The position numbers and the translations under genes were made by a program. 64,000 bases of DNA from a bacterium (GTDB lineage: Bacteria > Gemmatimonadota > Gemmatimonadetes > Gemmatimonadales > Gemmatimonadaceae): assembly GCA_039933415.1 (NCBI GenBank), contig JBDTOD010000002.1, positions 17,767 to 81,766 on the forward strand. The letters are read 5' to 3'. Of the stretch, positions 8,566 through 20,300 are shown in pieces. How positions within the stretch are numbered: the stretch's first letter is position 1; each line of letters starts with the position of its first letter. The notes below the pieces were generated by a model. The model did no database searches. It had not been told where the DNA came from and was given only the letters and a program-made list of their open reading frames with translations.

Positions 8566-10530
8566 CTACGGCAGCTTCCGAATCCTCGCCGCAAATCCTC
8601 CCCCCGGCGCCAACTTCAACTCCACCTTGTCCGCCGCCCTCACCGCGCGAGTCTCCTTCCGGTAGTCCAGCGCGTTGCGATCCGCGTTGATCCCGTCGGC
8701 CCACGAGTCCATCGTGAACGAACCGGCTCCGAGGAACGAGAGATCGAGCGACAACGTGCGGGCCGTGCCGTTCGTCATCGCGCCGACGAACCATTCCGCG
8801 CCGCGGCGGCGGGCGATCAGCACGTAGCCGCCCGCCTCGCCCGCCAGCGCGCGCGTGTCGTCCCACAGCGTCGGCACCGCGCGGAGAAACTCCATCGACT
8901 CCGGCTCCCGCTCGTACTCCGACGGACTGTCCGCGAGCATCTGGAGCGGGCTCTCGAACACGACGTACATCGCGAGCTGGTGCGCACGCGTGCCCTGCGC
9001 CATCGGCCGGTCGAACACGACGCGGAAGTCGCGAGTCTGCGCGTTGAGCATCGCACCGGGCGTGTAGTCCATCGGGCCGGCGAGCATGCGCGTGAAGGGC
9101 AGCGTGACGTTGTGCTCGGGCGTGACGTCCGTCGCCCACTTGTTGTTCTCGGCGCCGTGAACGCCTTCGAAGGTGAGGACGTTCGGCCACGTGCGGTTGA
9201 GCCCCGCCGGCTTGTGCGCGCCGTGGTAGTCGACGAGCAGGTGCCGAGCCGCCGCCTCGCGCGCGATGCGGTAGTAGTAGTTCACCACCTTCTGATCGTC
9301 GCGCTGCATGAAGTCGACCTTGATGCCCTTGATTCCCCACCGCTTGAACAGGTCGAGCGCCGGCGTCATCTGCGCATCGAGCGTGCTCCACGTCGCCCAG
9401 AGGATGATGCCGACATTCTTCGTCGCGCCGTACTGCACGAGCGCCGGCACGTCGATCCCCGGCGACTGGGTGAGCAGGTCGCCGAGTTTGTACCAGCCCT
9501 CGTCGAGCACGATGTAGGGAATGTCGTTCTTCGCCGCGAAGTCGATGAAGTACTTGTACGTGTCGTTGTTCACGCCGGCGCGAAAGCTCACGCCGCGAAG
9601 GTTCAGGTTGTTGAACCAGTCCCAGCTCACCTTGCCGGGCTTGATCCACGAGACGTCCGCCAGTCGCGACGGCGCGGCCAACAGATAGACCATCTGATTG
9701 AGCAGGAGCTGTCGATCTTCGTCGGCGACCATCACGATGCGCCACGGGAGCGGCCGCCTCCCCACGGTGCGCGCGATGTAGTCGGCCCGCCTGGTGACGA
9801 ACACGTTCCGGTCGTTGGCCGCGCGCTCCTCGAGCGCCGCCTGTGGAAAGAGGCCGACCAGGCCGGGACCACCCGCCGGAGGCGCGACGAGATACATCCC
9901 CGCATAGTCCTCGAGCTGCGACTCGGTGATGGCGATCTTCGGGCCTCCCTTCAGCGCCACCAGCGCCGGCAGCAGGGCGCGCCGTCCGAATGTCAGCGTG
10001 TCCAGCCGCACGCGGTGGAAGGCCGGCTCGTAGTGCGTCATGAACGTCGTGTCGATGCCGATGAACGCCTCGTTCTCTCCCGACACGGCGAACGTCGCTT
10101 CTTCGCCGGCGATCGTGACGCTGTCCGGCATCGCGAGCACCCACCGATATGCGACGCCCTCGTTGTACGCGCGGAACTCGAGGTCGTAGCCATCGAAGCG
10201 GAGCCGCAGCTCGTTGTAGTGGTCGGCGATGACGGCGGTCTTGGTCGGGGCGACCGGACGTACGCTGTCCCGGACCTGTCTCGCCGCGCGTTCCCGAACG
10301 ATCGCGCCTGGGCCGAGCCTGCGGCCCCCGGCAAGAATGATCGAGATCGGCGAGGGATCGAGCACTGACCGTCCACCTCGGGACACCGAATAGCGCACGC
10401 GGTCGGACACTTCGATGGTGACGCTCATCGCTCCATCTGGCGACGACGCGTTGAACAGCTGGGGACGCTGCGCGGCCGCCGGAAGGGCGAAGAGCGAGAG
10501 GAGAGTCAGCAGGGTCGCGGGGCGTCGCAT
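8566..10530 (-). CDS. glycoside hydrolase family 97 (alpha-glucosidase-like)
   Basis: Signal MRRPATLLTLLSLFALPAAAQ. Catalytic-region motifs DEGWYK, GIILWATW, GIKGIKVDFMQRDDQ, LLVDYHGAHKPAGLNRTWPNVLTFEGVHGAENNKW. The start at 10530 was chosen over the ORF-track 10749 because of the signal peptide. Confidence 0.85.
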   Translation of the reverse strand: MRRPATLLTLLSLFALPAAAQRPQLFNASSPDGAMSVTIEVSDRVRYSVSRGGRSVLDPSPISIILAGGRRLGPGAIVRERAARQVRDSVRPVAPTKTAVIADHYNELRLRFDGYDLEFRAYNEGVAYRWVLAMPDSVTIAGEEATFAVSGENEAFIGIDTTFMTHYEPAFHRVRLDTLTFGRRALLPALVALKGGPKIAITESQLEDYAGMYLVAPPAGGPGLVGLFPQAALEERAANDRNVFVTRRADYIARTVGRRPLPWRIVMVADEDRQLLLNQMVYLLAAPSRLADVSWIKPGKVSWDWFNNLNLRGVSFRAGVNNDTYKYFIDFAAKNDIPYIVLDEGWYKLGDLLTQSPGIDVPALVQYGATKNVGIILWATWSTLDAQMTPALDLFKRWGIKGIKVDFMQRDDQKVVNYYYRIAREAAARHLLVDYHGAHKPAGLNRTWPNVLTFEGVHGAENNKWATDVTPEHNVTLPFTRMLAGPMDYTPGAMLNAQTRDFRVVFDRPMAQGTRAHQLAMYVVFESPLQMLADSPSEYEREPESMEFLRAVPTLWDDTRALAGEAGGYVLIARRRGAEWFVGAMTNGTARTLSLDLSFLGAGSFTMDSWADGINADRNALDYRKETRAVRAADKVELKLAPGGGFAARIRKLP

Positions 10531-10737
10531 GCGAGTGTGTGCGGGGAGAGGGCCTTGGCCGGGCGGCAGGAGACGCCGGCCCGACGACGTGCGAAAGTGC
10601 GCCGCCCGTCGGCGCGCGGCAAGGCGGGAACACGGGGCCGCACTCGTGAAACGCCTCGCTCGGCGATAGCGTAGAGTGGTCGGACGCCGGATACGGTCCG
10701 CCATGGCACTCGTCACACCCCTTCGCCCCTTTTCCTG

Positions 10738-11424
10738 ATGCCCGCTCAAGAAGCACCAGCTCCTCCCGCGCCGCCCGGCCTACCAGGTCAGGTGAAGGTG
10801 GAGGGGAAGATCCTCACGAGCCCGCAGGCCGTGTACAGTGGTCTCGTGCATCAGCGTGAGGAGCTCAAGAACCAGATGGAAGCGCTGCGCGAGGAGCGTG
10901 GCAACGTCGGCACCTGGCTCCGCAACGAGGGGATGGACCAGACCGATAAAGTCGGACTCCAGCAGCGCATGACCACCATCGACGCGCGCATTGCTGCGCT
11001 GGACAAGCAGATCGCCGTCTCCGACGCGCAGGTGGCGAGCGCCGCGGCCGTGCCCGGCGCCGTCGTCGAGCAGGCGCCCTATCATCGCGAAGGGCCGCCG
11101 GAAGAGGCGTTCGTCCTCGGCGGGGTCTTCCTCTTCGTCGCCATCTTCCCGATCTCGATCGCCTACGCGCGCCGGATCTGGCGGCGCGGCGCCTCCGTCG
11201 TCGCGGCGCTTCCCACCGACATCGTCGAGCGCTTCTCGCAGCTCGATCAGGCGGTGGAGTCCATCGCCGTGGAGGTCGAGCGCATCGGCGAGGGCCAGCG
11301 ATTCATCACGCGCGTCCTCTCCGACGGGGGCAGCCGAGCGGCACTCGGCGAAGGCGCCGCCCGCCCCGTGGAAGTTCCGGCCCGCGACGCGGCTCGCGAG
11401 GTCCGCGGCGGACAGAGTCGCTAA
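10738..11424 (+). CDS. hypothetical membrane protein (Pro-rich N-terminus, coiled coil, one TM)
   Basis: Only long ORF in this gap, with GC-rich third positions. Predicted TM FVLGGVFLFVAIFPISIAYA. No family recognised. Confidence 0.5.
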   Translation: MPAQEAPAPPAPPGLPGQVKVEGKILTSPQAVYSGLVHQREELKNQMEALREERGNVGTWLRNEGMDQTDKVGLQQRMTTIDARIAALDKQIAVSDAQVASAAAVPGAVVEQAPYHREGPPEEAFVLGGVFLFVAIFPISIAYARRIWRRGASVVAALPTDIVERFSQLDQAVESIAVEVERIGEGQRFITRVLSDGGSRAALGEGAARPVEVPARDAAREVRGGQSR

Positions 11425-11430
11425 AGAACA

Positions 11431-11629
11431 TTTTCAAGAGGTCAGTTTTCAAGGGGGTCAGCATCGTTGCAATTCGCCCATGCAGTGGTGCGTTTTTCAA
11501 CGATGCTGCCCCCCCTGACCCCCCTGATCGTCCTGCCCCCCTTGATCGTCGTTGAAATTCGCCCATGTGGTGGGGCGTTTTTCAACGATGCTGACCCCGT
11601 GATCGCAACGATGCTGACCCCGTGATCGC
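11431..11629. repeat. composite intergenic repeat cluster (hairpin units and tandem duplications built on GGGGTCAGC / GCTGACCCC)
   Basis: A 44-nt unit occurs at 11465-11508 and 11550-11593 with 4 mismatches. A perfect 23-nt tandem AACGATGCTGACCCCGTGATCGC occurs at 11584-11606 and 11607-11629. TTTTCAAG(A/G)GG(G)TCAG tandem at 11431-11461. Long hairpin GGGGTCAGCATCGTTG...CAACGATGCTGCCCC. Confidence 0.8.
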
Positions 11630-11640
11630 CTGGTCGAGTC

Positions 11641-13083
11641 CTACTTCTGCTTCACCGCCACCCGCGCGCGACCGGTCGCCTCCGCGCGCAACAGCATCCC
11701 GTCTCGCGTGACGAACAGTCCTTTCACGGCGACGGAATCCACCGTGGCCGACAGCGTCACCGCGTCACCGAGCTTGCGGTTCAACCCGCTCAGGAGCAGC
11801 GCGCGACCCTTCTCGAGCGCCGGCTCCGCGCTCAGGTGCGCCTTGTCGCGCAGCATCGTGCGGAGCTCGTCCGACCGCAGCCACGCGTAGCCGTTCACGA
11901 TCGTGCTCTCCGTCTCCAGATCGTAGTCGAGATCCGGGACGGTGACCTCGCTGCGACGGGCATCGTAGCGCGGCGTGCCGATCAGCCGGAGCCGTCCCGC
12001 CGCGTCGCCCACGAAGGAGAGCGCCAGCACGAGCCGCCCGCGCGACGCGGGCATCACGGAGACGTCCTGCACCGTGACCGTGCGTCCCGCCTTCGTGAGC
12101 TTCCGGTTCGCCAGTGCGCTCGTGAGCGCCTTGTTCGCGGTCCCGTAGTCCACCAGTCCCTCCATCTCGATATGGAAACCGTCGGTCACGGTATCCTGCG
12201 CGAGCGGGGGCGGGCCCCCCGGTTTCGTCTCAGGCGGCTCGGCTCCCGTGACGATGCGAGGGCGCGCGTCGAGGGTCACCGGGACCGTCAGCACCTTCGC
12301 CTCGCCGCTGACTCGCCCCATCCGTAGTTGCTCCGGCTGAAGCGCTAGCCAGACGCCATCGGTCAACGGAATCGGCCGTGCGAGCATCGCCCACCAGCCC
12401 TCCACATGCTTCGTCAGGTCGACGGTCCCGACCTTCCGGTCGATCGCCTTGAGCTGTCCGCCGATCGCCGATCTCGCCGCGCCGACGACACGGTCCGTCA
12501 CGTCGGTGTGCAGGATGCCGACGTCACACCGGTCACGCTGCTCGCTCGTCGCGGGCTGGATCTTGACGAGCCGCGCATGCGACACGAGATGCCACTCCGG
12601 CGTGAGCGTCAGCGGCGTCGCGAGCTCCAGCACGATGCGTGGCCGCTCGTCGTTCCCGCCGCAACCGGCGCTGAGCGTCGGTCCGATGGGCGGCTTGTAG
12701 TAGCCACGCGCCGAGTAGGCGAGCGTCGCTCGCAGGTGCATCTCGCTGCCGCTCGCGAATGCCGTGAACGGTCCACGCTGCGCCTCGAAGGCGTAGTGCT
12801 TTCTCGAGTCGCCCTTGATCTCGCGCACGCTGTCCATCGAGCCGAACGTCTTGGGCACCACCTCCTCGACCTTCCGGAGCACTGCCGTGATGTCGTACTC
12901 CAGCGGAACGCTGAACCGCGAGAGCGGCATCGGCGCGGGGGCGGGTACGGCCACGTCCGGCGGGGCGGCCGTCGTGGAGCTCGGTTTCGTGTCCCGCGTA
13001 CAGGCCGCCAGCATCAGCAGGACGACGACGCCGAGGCGGGTGGTCGCCAACGTGGCGCCCCGTACGGCAGATTGGTATGGCAT
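11641..13083 (-). CDS. DUF4403-like lipoprotein (family assignment from memory)
   Basis: Start [28 protein letters not shown] (lipobox) is preceded by GGAG. The longer ORF-track start at 13431 would run through the pgm promoter and start. Confidence 0.6.
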   Translation of the reverse strand: MPYQSAVRGATLATTRLGVVVLLMLAACTRDTKPSSTTAAPPDVAVPAPAPMPLSRFSVPLEYDITAVLRKVEEVVPKTFGSMDSVREIKGDSRKHYAFEAQRGPFTAFASGSEMHLRATLAYSARGYYKPPIGPTLSAGCGGNDERPRIVLELATPLTLTPEWHLVSHARLVKIQPATSEQRDRCDVGILHTDVTDRVVGAARSAIGGQLKAIDRKVGTVDLTKHVEGWWAMLARPIPLTDGVWLALQPEQLRMGRVSGEAKVLTVPVTLDARPRIVTGAEPPETKPGGPPPLAQDTVTDGFHIEMEGLVDYGTANKALTSALANRKLTKAGRTVTVQDVSVMPASRGRLVLALSFVGDAAGRLRLIGTPRYDARRSEVTVPDLDYDLETESTIVNGYAWLRSDELRTMLRDKAHLSAEPALEKGRALLLSGLNRKLGDAVTLSATVDSVAVKGLFVTRDGMLLRAEATGRARVAVKQK

Positions 13084-13167
13084 TGCGGCTCCGGAGATCT
13101 GACTGCGCCAACGCTGATTCAAGAGATGGACCGCTCGGCCGCGTCCACTCATTTTCATGGAGGTCAC

Positions 13168-14814
13168 ATGACGGTCGATCCTCGCGCAGGTAAGCTGCCG
13201 GACCCTTCGATGCTGGCCAACATCCCGCGTCTCGTGTCCGCGTACTATACGCGGCATCCCGATCCCGCGCGTCGCGACGAGCGGGTGTCGTTCGGGACGT
13301 CGGGGCATCGAGGGTCGTCGCTGACCGCCTCGTTCACCGAGTCGCACATTCTCGCCATCACGCAGGCCATCTGCCAGTACCGGCGCGAGCAGGGCATCGA
13401 CGGGCCGGTGTTTCTCGGTATCGACACCCACGCGCTCTCCGAGTCCGCCGTCGGGAGCGCGCTCGAGGTACTCGCGGCGAACGAGGTCGCCGTGATGATC
13501 GACGCACAGGGCGGCTACACACCAACGCCCGCCGTCTCACACGCGATCCTTGCCTACAACTCCGGCCGCACGTCGGGCCTCTCCGACGGCATCGTCGTCA
13601 CGCCGTCGCACAATCCACCCGAGGATGGTGGCTTCAAGTACAACGGCACCAACGGTGGCCCGGCCGACACCGCAGCCACCGGATGGATCGAGCGCCGTGC
13701 GAACGAGCTGCTCGCCGACGGACTGCGTGAAGTGAAGCGCATGCCGCTCGCGCGCGCGCGCCAGGCGGCGACGACACACCGCCACGACTATCGCGACGGC
13801 TACATCTCGGATCTCGGTGCAGTGCTCGACATGGATGTGTTGCGCGGATCCTCGCTCAAGCTTGGCGTGGACCCGCTTGGCGGGGCTGGGGTCGCCTACT
13901 GGGGGATGATCGGTGAGCGCTACGGGATTCCGCTGACTGTGGTGAGCGACGTGGTCGATCCGACCTTTCGCTTCATGAGTGTCGATTGGGACGGCAAGAT
14001 CCGAATGGACTGCTCGTCGCCGTACGCGATGCAGCGCCTCATCGCGCTGCGCGACGACTTCGATGTCGCGTGGGCGTGCGATCCCGACCACGATCGCCAC
14101 GGCATCGTGACGCGCAGCGCGGGGTTGATGAATCCCAATCACTATCTCGCCGTCGCGATCGACTACCTCTTCCAGCGCCGCACGGGGTGGCCGGCCGGCG
14201 CCGGGGTGGGGAAGACCGTCGTGAGCAGCAGCATGATCGATCGCGTCGCGGCGAGACTCGGCCGCCGGCTCGTCGAGGTGCCGGTCGGCTTCAAATGGTT
14301 CGTCGATGGGCTCATCGCCGGCACGCTCGGCTTCGGCGGCGAAGAGAGCGCGGGCGCGTCGTTTCTACGGCGTGACGGAACGGCATGGAGCACGGACAAG
14401 GACGGATTGATCCTCGGCCTGCTCGCCGCCGAGATCACCGCGGTCACCGGTCGCGACCCGGGTGAGCACTACGCGGCCCTCACGAAGGAGTTCGGCGCGC
14501 CGGCCTACGAGCGCATCGACGCACCGGCAACGCCGGAGCAGAAGCGCGTGCTGTCGCGACTCTCGCCGGAGCAGGTCACGGCGGGCGAGCTCGCGGGCGA
14601 ACCGATCATCTCGAAGCTCACCACCGCGCCTGGCGCCGGCGCGCCGATCGGTGGCCTCAAGGTGGTGACCGCGAGCGGCTGGTTCGCCGCGCGTCCCTCC
14701 GGCACCGAGGACGTCTACAAGCTGTACGCCGAGAGCTTCCAGGGCGACGCGCATCTGCGGCGTATCCAGGCGGAGGCGCAGACCATCATCGCATCCGCGT
14801 TCGCCGCGGGCTGA
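13168..14814 (+). CDS. pgm: phosphoglucomutase, alpha-D-glucose phosphate-specific
   Basis: GGAGG-N4-ATG. Active-site [10 protein letters not shown], then metal loop and sugar-binding motifs ([32 protein letters not shown]). Confidence 0.9.
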   Translation: MTVDPRAGKLPDPSMLANIPRLVSAYYTRHPDPARRDERVSFGTSGHRGSSLTASFTESHILAITQAICQYRREQGIDGPVFLGIDTHALSESAVGSALEVLAANEVAVMIDAQGGYTPTPAVSHAILAYNSGRTSGLSDGIVVTPSHNPPEDGGFKYNGTNGGPADTAATGWIERRANELLADGLREVKRMPLARARQAATTHRHDYRDGYISDLGAVLDMDVLRGSSLKLGVDPLGGAGVAYWGMIGERYGIPLTVVSDVVDPTFRFMSVDWDGKIRMDCSSPYAMQRLIALRDDFDVAWACDPDHDRHGIVTRSAGLMNPNHYLAVAIDYLFQRRTGWPAGAGVGKTVVSSSMIDRVAARLGRRLVEVPVGFKWFVDGLIAGTLGFGGEESAGASFLRRDGTAWSTDKDGLILGLLAAEITAVTGRDPGEHYAALTKEFGAPAYERIDAPATPEQKRVLSRLSPEQVTAGELAGEPIISKLTTAPGAGAPIGGLKVVTASGWFAARPSGTEDVYKLYAESFQGDAHLRRIQAEAQTIIASAFAAG

Positions 14815-15013
14815 CGTCGCGAGTCGCCGCATCATCGGACGTCGAGCTCGCCACGGGCCTTCGCGGTCGCGTGCGCCCCATTCCGCTCCGGTAGCCGGCG
14901 TGCCAGTATTGCCGCGCGCAACTCCTCCCGCGCGCGCTCCGTAGGCATCCCCCGAACACCCCACTGCAGCGTCGCCGCCGCCGCGTGGGAGTCGTCGCCG
15001 CGACAGGTCACCA

Positions 15014-16786
15014 ATGCCATTGCTCTCTCTTCGCGGACGCGTCGCGCGCATCGCTCGCGCGATGCTCCGTGCGACGACGCTCGTCGTCATCGCGTCGTGT
15101 GTCGACGCACGCGTACCGACCCAGCTCGCGTCCATGCGCGTGGTGCCTCCAGACACCGTGACGCGGGGGACCGACACGACGACGTCGCCGCCCGACACCG
15201 CGGCGTCGGTGCCCGATACGGTGAACACCGCTGCGCCATCGTCGCCGAATGACGAGGCACGAGTCGCGGAGTTGCCGCGGCGCTCGGTCGCGATCACCTA
15301 CCCGCGCATCGAGCGAGACGTGCACGTTGCCGCGGGCGCCGACCTGCAGGCGGCGATCGACGACGCTCGACCCGGCGACGCGCTCCTGCTCGCGCCTGGC
15401 GCGACGTACGAAGGCAACTTCGTCCTCCGCAACAAGGGCGAGTCGGATTCGTGGATTGTCATTCGCACCGATGTGGACGACATCACGCTCGGTGCGGCCG
15501 GTGCTCGCATGACGCCGAGCGTGGCCCGAGCCGCGCGTCTCGCCACGATCGTGAGTCCGAGCAGCAGAGCCGCCCTCATGACGGAGCTTGGCGCGAATCA
15601 CTACCGGCTCGTCGGCGTCGAGGTGACCGCACGCGAGGCGGTGGGAGACGTCAACGCGATCATCCGGTTCGGCGACGCGTCCTCCGCCCAGAATTCCGTG
15701 GCGTCGATCGCGCACGACCTGATCATCGACCGCAGCTACGTGCACGGCACTCCGGTGTTGCAAGTGCGCCGCTGCCTCATGCTCAACAGCGCCACGTCGG
15801 CCGTCATCGATTCCTGGCTGGGCGAGTGTCACAGCAACGTCAGCGACTCGCAGGCGATCGTCGGATGGAACGGTCCCGGACCGTATCTCATCCAGAACAA
15901 CCATCTCGAGGCCGGTCACGAGGTGCTGGTGTTCGGCGGCGGCACGTCGACCATCGCCGACCAATCGCCGTCCGACGTCACGGTGCGCGGCAATCATGTG
16001 ACTCGCCCGCTCGCGTGGAAGGGCGTGTGGCAGGTGAAGAACCTGCTCGAGACGAAGCACGTGCGCCGCTTGCTCGTGGAGGGCAACGTCTTCGAGAACA
16101 ACTGGGCCGACGCGCAGGCGGGCTTCGCCTTCGTGCTCAAGTCCGAAAATCAGAACAGCGACACCCCGTGGACGCAGTCGACGGACATCACGATCCGCTA
16201 CAATCGCATCCGCAACACGGGGAACGGCTTCAACCTCGCGGCGAACCCCTCCGGGTTGCCAGCGCGGCCGGCGGCACGCATCGTCATCGCCGACAACATC
16301 ATCCAGAACGTGAACGTCGGTCCCTACAACGGCGACGGCCACACGTTCCAGCTGCTCGGTGCGCTCGCCGACGTCGTGTTGACGCACAACACGATCACCA
16401 GCGTCGGTGGGCAGAACGCATTCGCATTGCTGCTCGGCAGCCTGCCCGTGGCCGAGCGGCTCGTGGTGCATTCCAACGTGATGATGCACGGCGGCTACGG
16501 GATCAAGGGCGGAGGCACCGCCGAGGGGATGCCGTCGCTCGAGCACTACGCGCCGGGTGCGAGCGTGCGCGGGAATCTCATCGTCGGCGGTGGCAATCCG
16601 GCCGCGTATCCCGCCGGCAACTTTTTCTTCGCCACGCTGGCGGATGCGGGATTTACCCAGGTGGCGGCGGGCGACTATCGGCTCGACGCATCGAGCGGCG
16701 CAGCGCTCGCCACGGACGGAGCCATCGTCGGCGCTGACGTCGACCGGGTGGATGCCGAGACTCGAGGAGCCGTCGTCGACCCCTGA
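15014..16786 (+). CDS. right-handed parallel beta-helix lipoprotein (paralog of the C-terminal domain of 17331-20711)
   Basis: Lipobox LVVIASC, S/T/P linker, then a ~480-aa domain colinear with and highly similar to residues ~640-1126 of the next gene (for example RPLAWKGVWQVKNLLETKHVRRLLVEGNVFENNWADAQAGFAFVLKSENQN). An alternative start is at 15062. Confidence 0.75.
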   Translation: MPLLSLRGRVARIARAMLRATTLVVIASCVDARVPTQLASMRVVPPDTVTRGTDTTTSPPDTAASVPDTVNTAAPSSPNDEARVAELPRRSVAITYPRIERDVHVAAGADLQAAIDDARPGDALLLAPGATYEGNFVLRNKGESDSWIVIRTDVDDITLGAAGARMTPSVARAARLATIVSPSSRAALMTELGANHYRLVGVEVTAREAVGDVNAIIRFGDASSAQNSVASIAHDLIIDRSYVHGTPVLQVRRCLMLNSATSAVIDSWLGECHSNVSDSQAIVGWNGPGPYLIQNNHLEAGHEVLVFGGGTSTIADQSPSDVTVRGNHVTRPLAWKGVWQVKNLLETKHVRRLLVEGNVFENNWADAQAGFAFVLKSENQNSDTPWTQSTDITIRYNRIRNTGNGFNLAANPSGLPARPAARIVIADNIIQNVNVGPYNGDGHTFQLLGALADVVLTHNTITSVGGQNAFALLLGSLPVAERLVVHSNVMMHGGYGIKGGGTAEGMPSLEHYAPGASVRGNLIVGGGNPAAYPAGNFFFATLADAGFTQVAAGDYRLDASSGAALATDGAIVGADVDRVDAETRGAVVDP

Positions 16787-17330
16787 TTCAGGGCCTCGAT
16801 CGCGTCGTCGATGCGCGGAGGCGAATTCGCGGGGCATCTGTGATTTTCCGCACAGACGCGCCATTCGAACGTCGATAAGATCGTGCATCCTCGCCCTCGG
16901 CGTGCGCGTCTCGCGCCGATCGCGAACCCGCCTGCAGTCGCTCAACCCGCATCCGATCGCGCGCTTCGTTTCCTCTTCGGGGAACATTTGAGTATTCGCG
17001 TGACGGGCACAACAGTCCCTCGTCGTAGATGCGTCAGCGATGCGGATCGTCGTGTCGTGTGCCGCAAGTCTTGGTGGTCGATTCGAGCAGCGCGAATACC
17101 GGTGCGTGCCCTATCGTGTCGAGCGGTGAGCTGAGCTTGTAGGTGTCGTTCGCAGTTCTTCCTTTTTCATTCACAAGAGCAGTTGACCGGCAAGATCGCT
17201 TCCCTCTGAAGAGGGATCGCGACAAAGGCAAACTCGGCGAAAGCCGGGGACGCAAAGCTACGAGGCTAACGCGACGATTCGGTCGCTACGCTAGTCGGGC
17301 CGCCGAACGAGTCCTTCGGAGGGTTGCCGC

Positions 17331-20300
17331 ATGCGTCGTCACACGAGGAGTGGCGCGACCGCCATGGTCGTGCTTTCGCTGGTTGTCGCAGGATGTGGAG
17401 AGAAGTCGCCCGGAGCCACCGGCACCACACCAACGTCTCCCACCACGCCGGTCGCACCAGGGTCCACGCCGATCGCGCTGGCGCGGAAAGCCGACACGCT
17501 GCAGGTTGACGAGTCGATCCAGCTGACGGCCATCGTGCCACCGACGCCTGGCGCAGTGCCAGCGACAGTGTGGACGAGCTCCAACACCGACGTCGCCATC
17601 GTCACGCCGACGGGCGAAGTCTTCGCCATCAAGTCGGGCATGACGATCGTCACGGTCACGAGCCGCGGCGCGAGCGATGCCACGACGGTCACGGTGAAGC
17701 CGAGTGTTCGCGAGGTCGCGCTCGATGCGGACACGCTCGCCATCAGCGTGGAGGAGTCCGTCCAGCTCCCCTTCCGCGTCACCGACAGCGACGGCAACTC
17801 CGTCAACCTGAACAATCACAGCGTCGAATGGACGTCCACCGAGCCTGATGTCGCGCCGCTGACCGGCGATGCGACCGTCACCGGTCGGACGCTCGGCGTC
17901 TCCGACGTGATGCTGCGCGTCGACGGCAAGTACGGAAAGACCAACGTCCGCGTGCTCCCACGCCCACTCGCCACGATCGTCGTCGCGCCGGCGAGCGTGG
18001 CGCTCGCCGTCGGCGACAAGGTGCAGCTCGCTACCAGTCTGTTCGACATCTACGGAGCGCCCCTCGCCGTCGGCGGACGCAACGTGATCTGGAGCAGCAG
18101 CAATCCCGCCGCGGTGAACGTGACCTCGGATGGTCTCGTCGTCGCGCTCGGCGCGGGTCACGCGGACGTCACCGCGAGAATCGACAGCAAGAGAACCGTC
18201 GTCGCCGTTGACGTTGCTCCGTTCAAGTCACAGCCCACCACACCTGCTCCGGTGGCGACCGTTGCTGTGACGTTGAACGCACCAAGCATTCAGGTCGGCC
18301 AATCCACCCAGGCGAACGCCACGATCAAGGATGCGGCGGGCAATATCCTGTCTGGTCGTACGGTCGTGTGGACGACGAACGAGCCGAACGTCGCGATGGT
18401 GAGTGCCACCGGGTACGTCACCGCCGTCAAGGCGGGGAACGTGACCATCAGAGCCACGACGGGTGGACTGACGGGCAGCGTGCTGCTCGCCAGCACGGCA
18501 CCGTCCGCGCCCGCTCCGGCGGCCGTCGCCTCGGTGGTGGTCACGCTTGCCAAGTCGCCGGTCATCGTCGGACAGTCGACGCAAGCGAACGCAGTGTTGA
18601 AGGATGCGAACGGCGCGGTGCTGACTGGTCGCGCGCTCGCATGGGTGTCGTCCGATGCGAACGTCGCGACGGTCGACAACGTCGGATTCGTCTCGTCCGT
18701 CAAGGCCGGATCGGTCACCATCACCGCCAGCTCCGGCGGCAAGACGGGCAGTGCCGTGTTCACGTCCAGCCTTCCCGCCCCGGTCATCACCAACATCGTG
18801 CTCACCGCGAGCGTCACGACGGTGAAGATCGGGCAATCGGTGCAGGTCACCGGCGTCGTCATGGACAAGAATGGCGCGACGGTCACCAACGTGCCGATCA
18901 GCTGGTCGGCGTCGCCGACGAGCATCGCGACGGTCACCTCGTCCGGCGTCGTCACGGGCCGCGGGGCAGGGGTCGCCACCATTACGGTGAAGGCCGACAC
19001 CGTCGTCCGTACGCATTCATTCACCGTGCTCGACACGGCAACTGTCCCGACCACCCCCACGACTCCGACCACGCCCACGACGCCGACGACGCCGACGACG
19101 CCGACCACGCCGACCACGCCGACGACGCCGACCACGCCGATCTATCCGGGTGGAGCCCGCGGACCGACGGACGGTGGCGCCACGCCGGCCGAGCTGCCGC
19201 GCCTGTCGGTGAACACCAGCTATCCGGCCATGACGCGTCAGGTGAAGGTCCCGGCCGGCGCCAACCTGCAGATCGTGCTCAACCAGGCGCAGCCCGGCGA
19301 CGAGCTCCTGCTCGCGCCTGGCGCCTCCTACGTCGGCAACTTCACGCTGCCGAACAAGGGGACGAGCTCGGCCTGGATCGTCATCCGTACCGACGTGGCC
19401 GACGCGGTCATTGGAAACCCCGGCACGCGCATGACGCCGACGCGGGCTGGCAACGCGAACCTCGCCAAGATTCAGTCGCCGAACTACATGTCCGTGATCA
19501 CGACGAACCTCTCCGCCAGCCACTATCGCTTCACTGGCGTCGAGATCGGCGGGACCTCGGCCGCGGCGAACATCAACGCGCTCGTGCGCTTCGGAGAGTC
19601 CCTGCCGACGCAGAACACGGTGGCGTCCATCGCGCACGATCTGATCATCGATCGCAGCTGGGTGCACGGCCTCCCGTCGCTGGACCTCAAGCGCTGCCTG
19701 CTGCTCAATAGTGCCACCTCGGCCGTCATCGATTCCTGGCTCGGCGACTGTCACAGCAATCAGGGTGACTCGCAGGCCATCGTCGGCTACAACGGCCCGG
19801 GTCCGTACCTCATTGAGAACAACCACCTCGAGGCCGGCCACGAAGTGGTCGTGTTCGGCGGCGGCTCGGCGACGATCGTCAACCAGTCGCCCTCCGACAT
19901 CACGATGCGCGGCAACCACATCATGCGCCCGCTCGCCTGGAAGAACGTCTGGCAGGTGAAGAACCTCCTCGAGACCAAGCACGTGCGCCGGCTGCTCGTC
20001 GAAGGCAACGTGTTCGAGAACAACTGGGCCGACGCGCAGGCGGGCTTCGCCTTCGTGCTCAAGTCGGAGAACCAGAACAACGACAACCCCTGGACGACGA
20101 GCAGCGACATCACGATCCGCTACAACCGCATCCGCAACACGGGCAATGGCTTCAACCTGGCGGCGAACCCGTCGGGCATCCCGGCGATCCCGGCAGCGCG
20201 AATCACGATCACGGACAACATCATGGAGAACGTCAACGTCGCCCCGTACAACGGTGACGGACACACCATGCAGCTCCTCGGCGGGCTCTCCGACATCGTG

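Noticed and set aside
11431-11629. Possible CRISPR array.
   Set aside because: There are only two copies of the 44-nt unit, separated by about 40 nt that itself contains related motifs. There are no regularly spaced unique spacers and no cas genes in the window.
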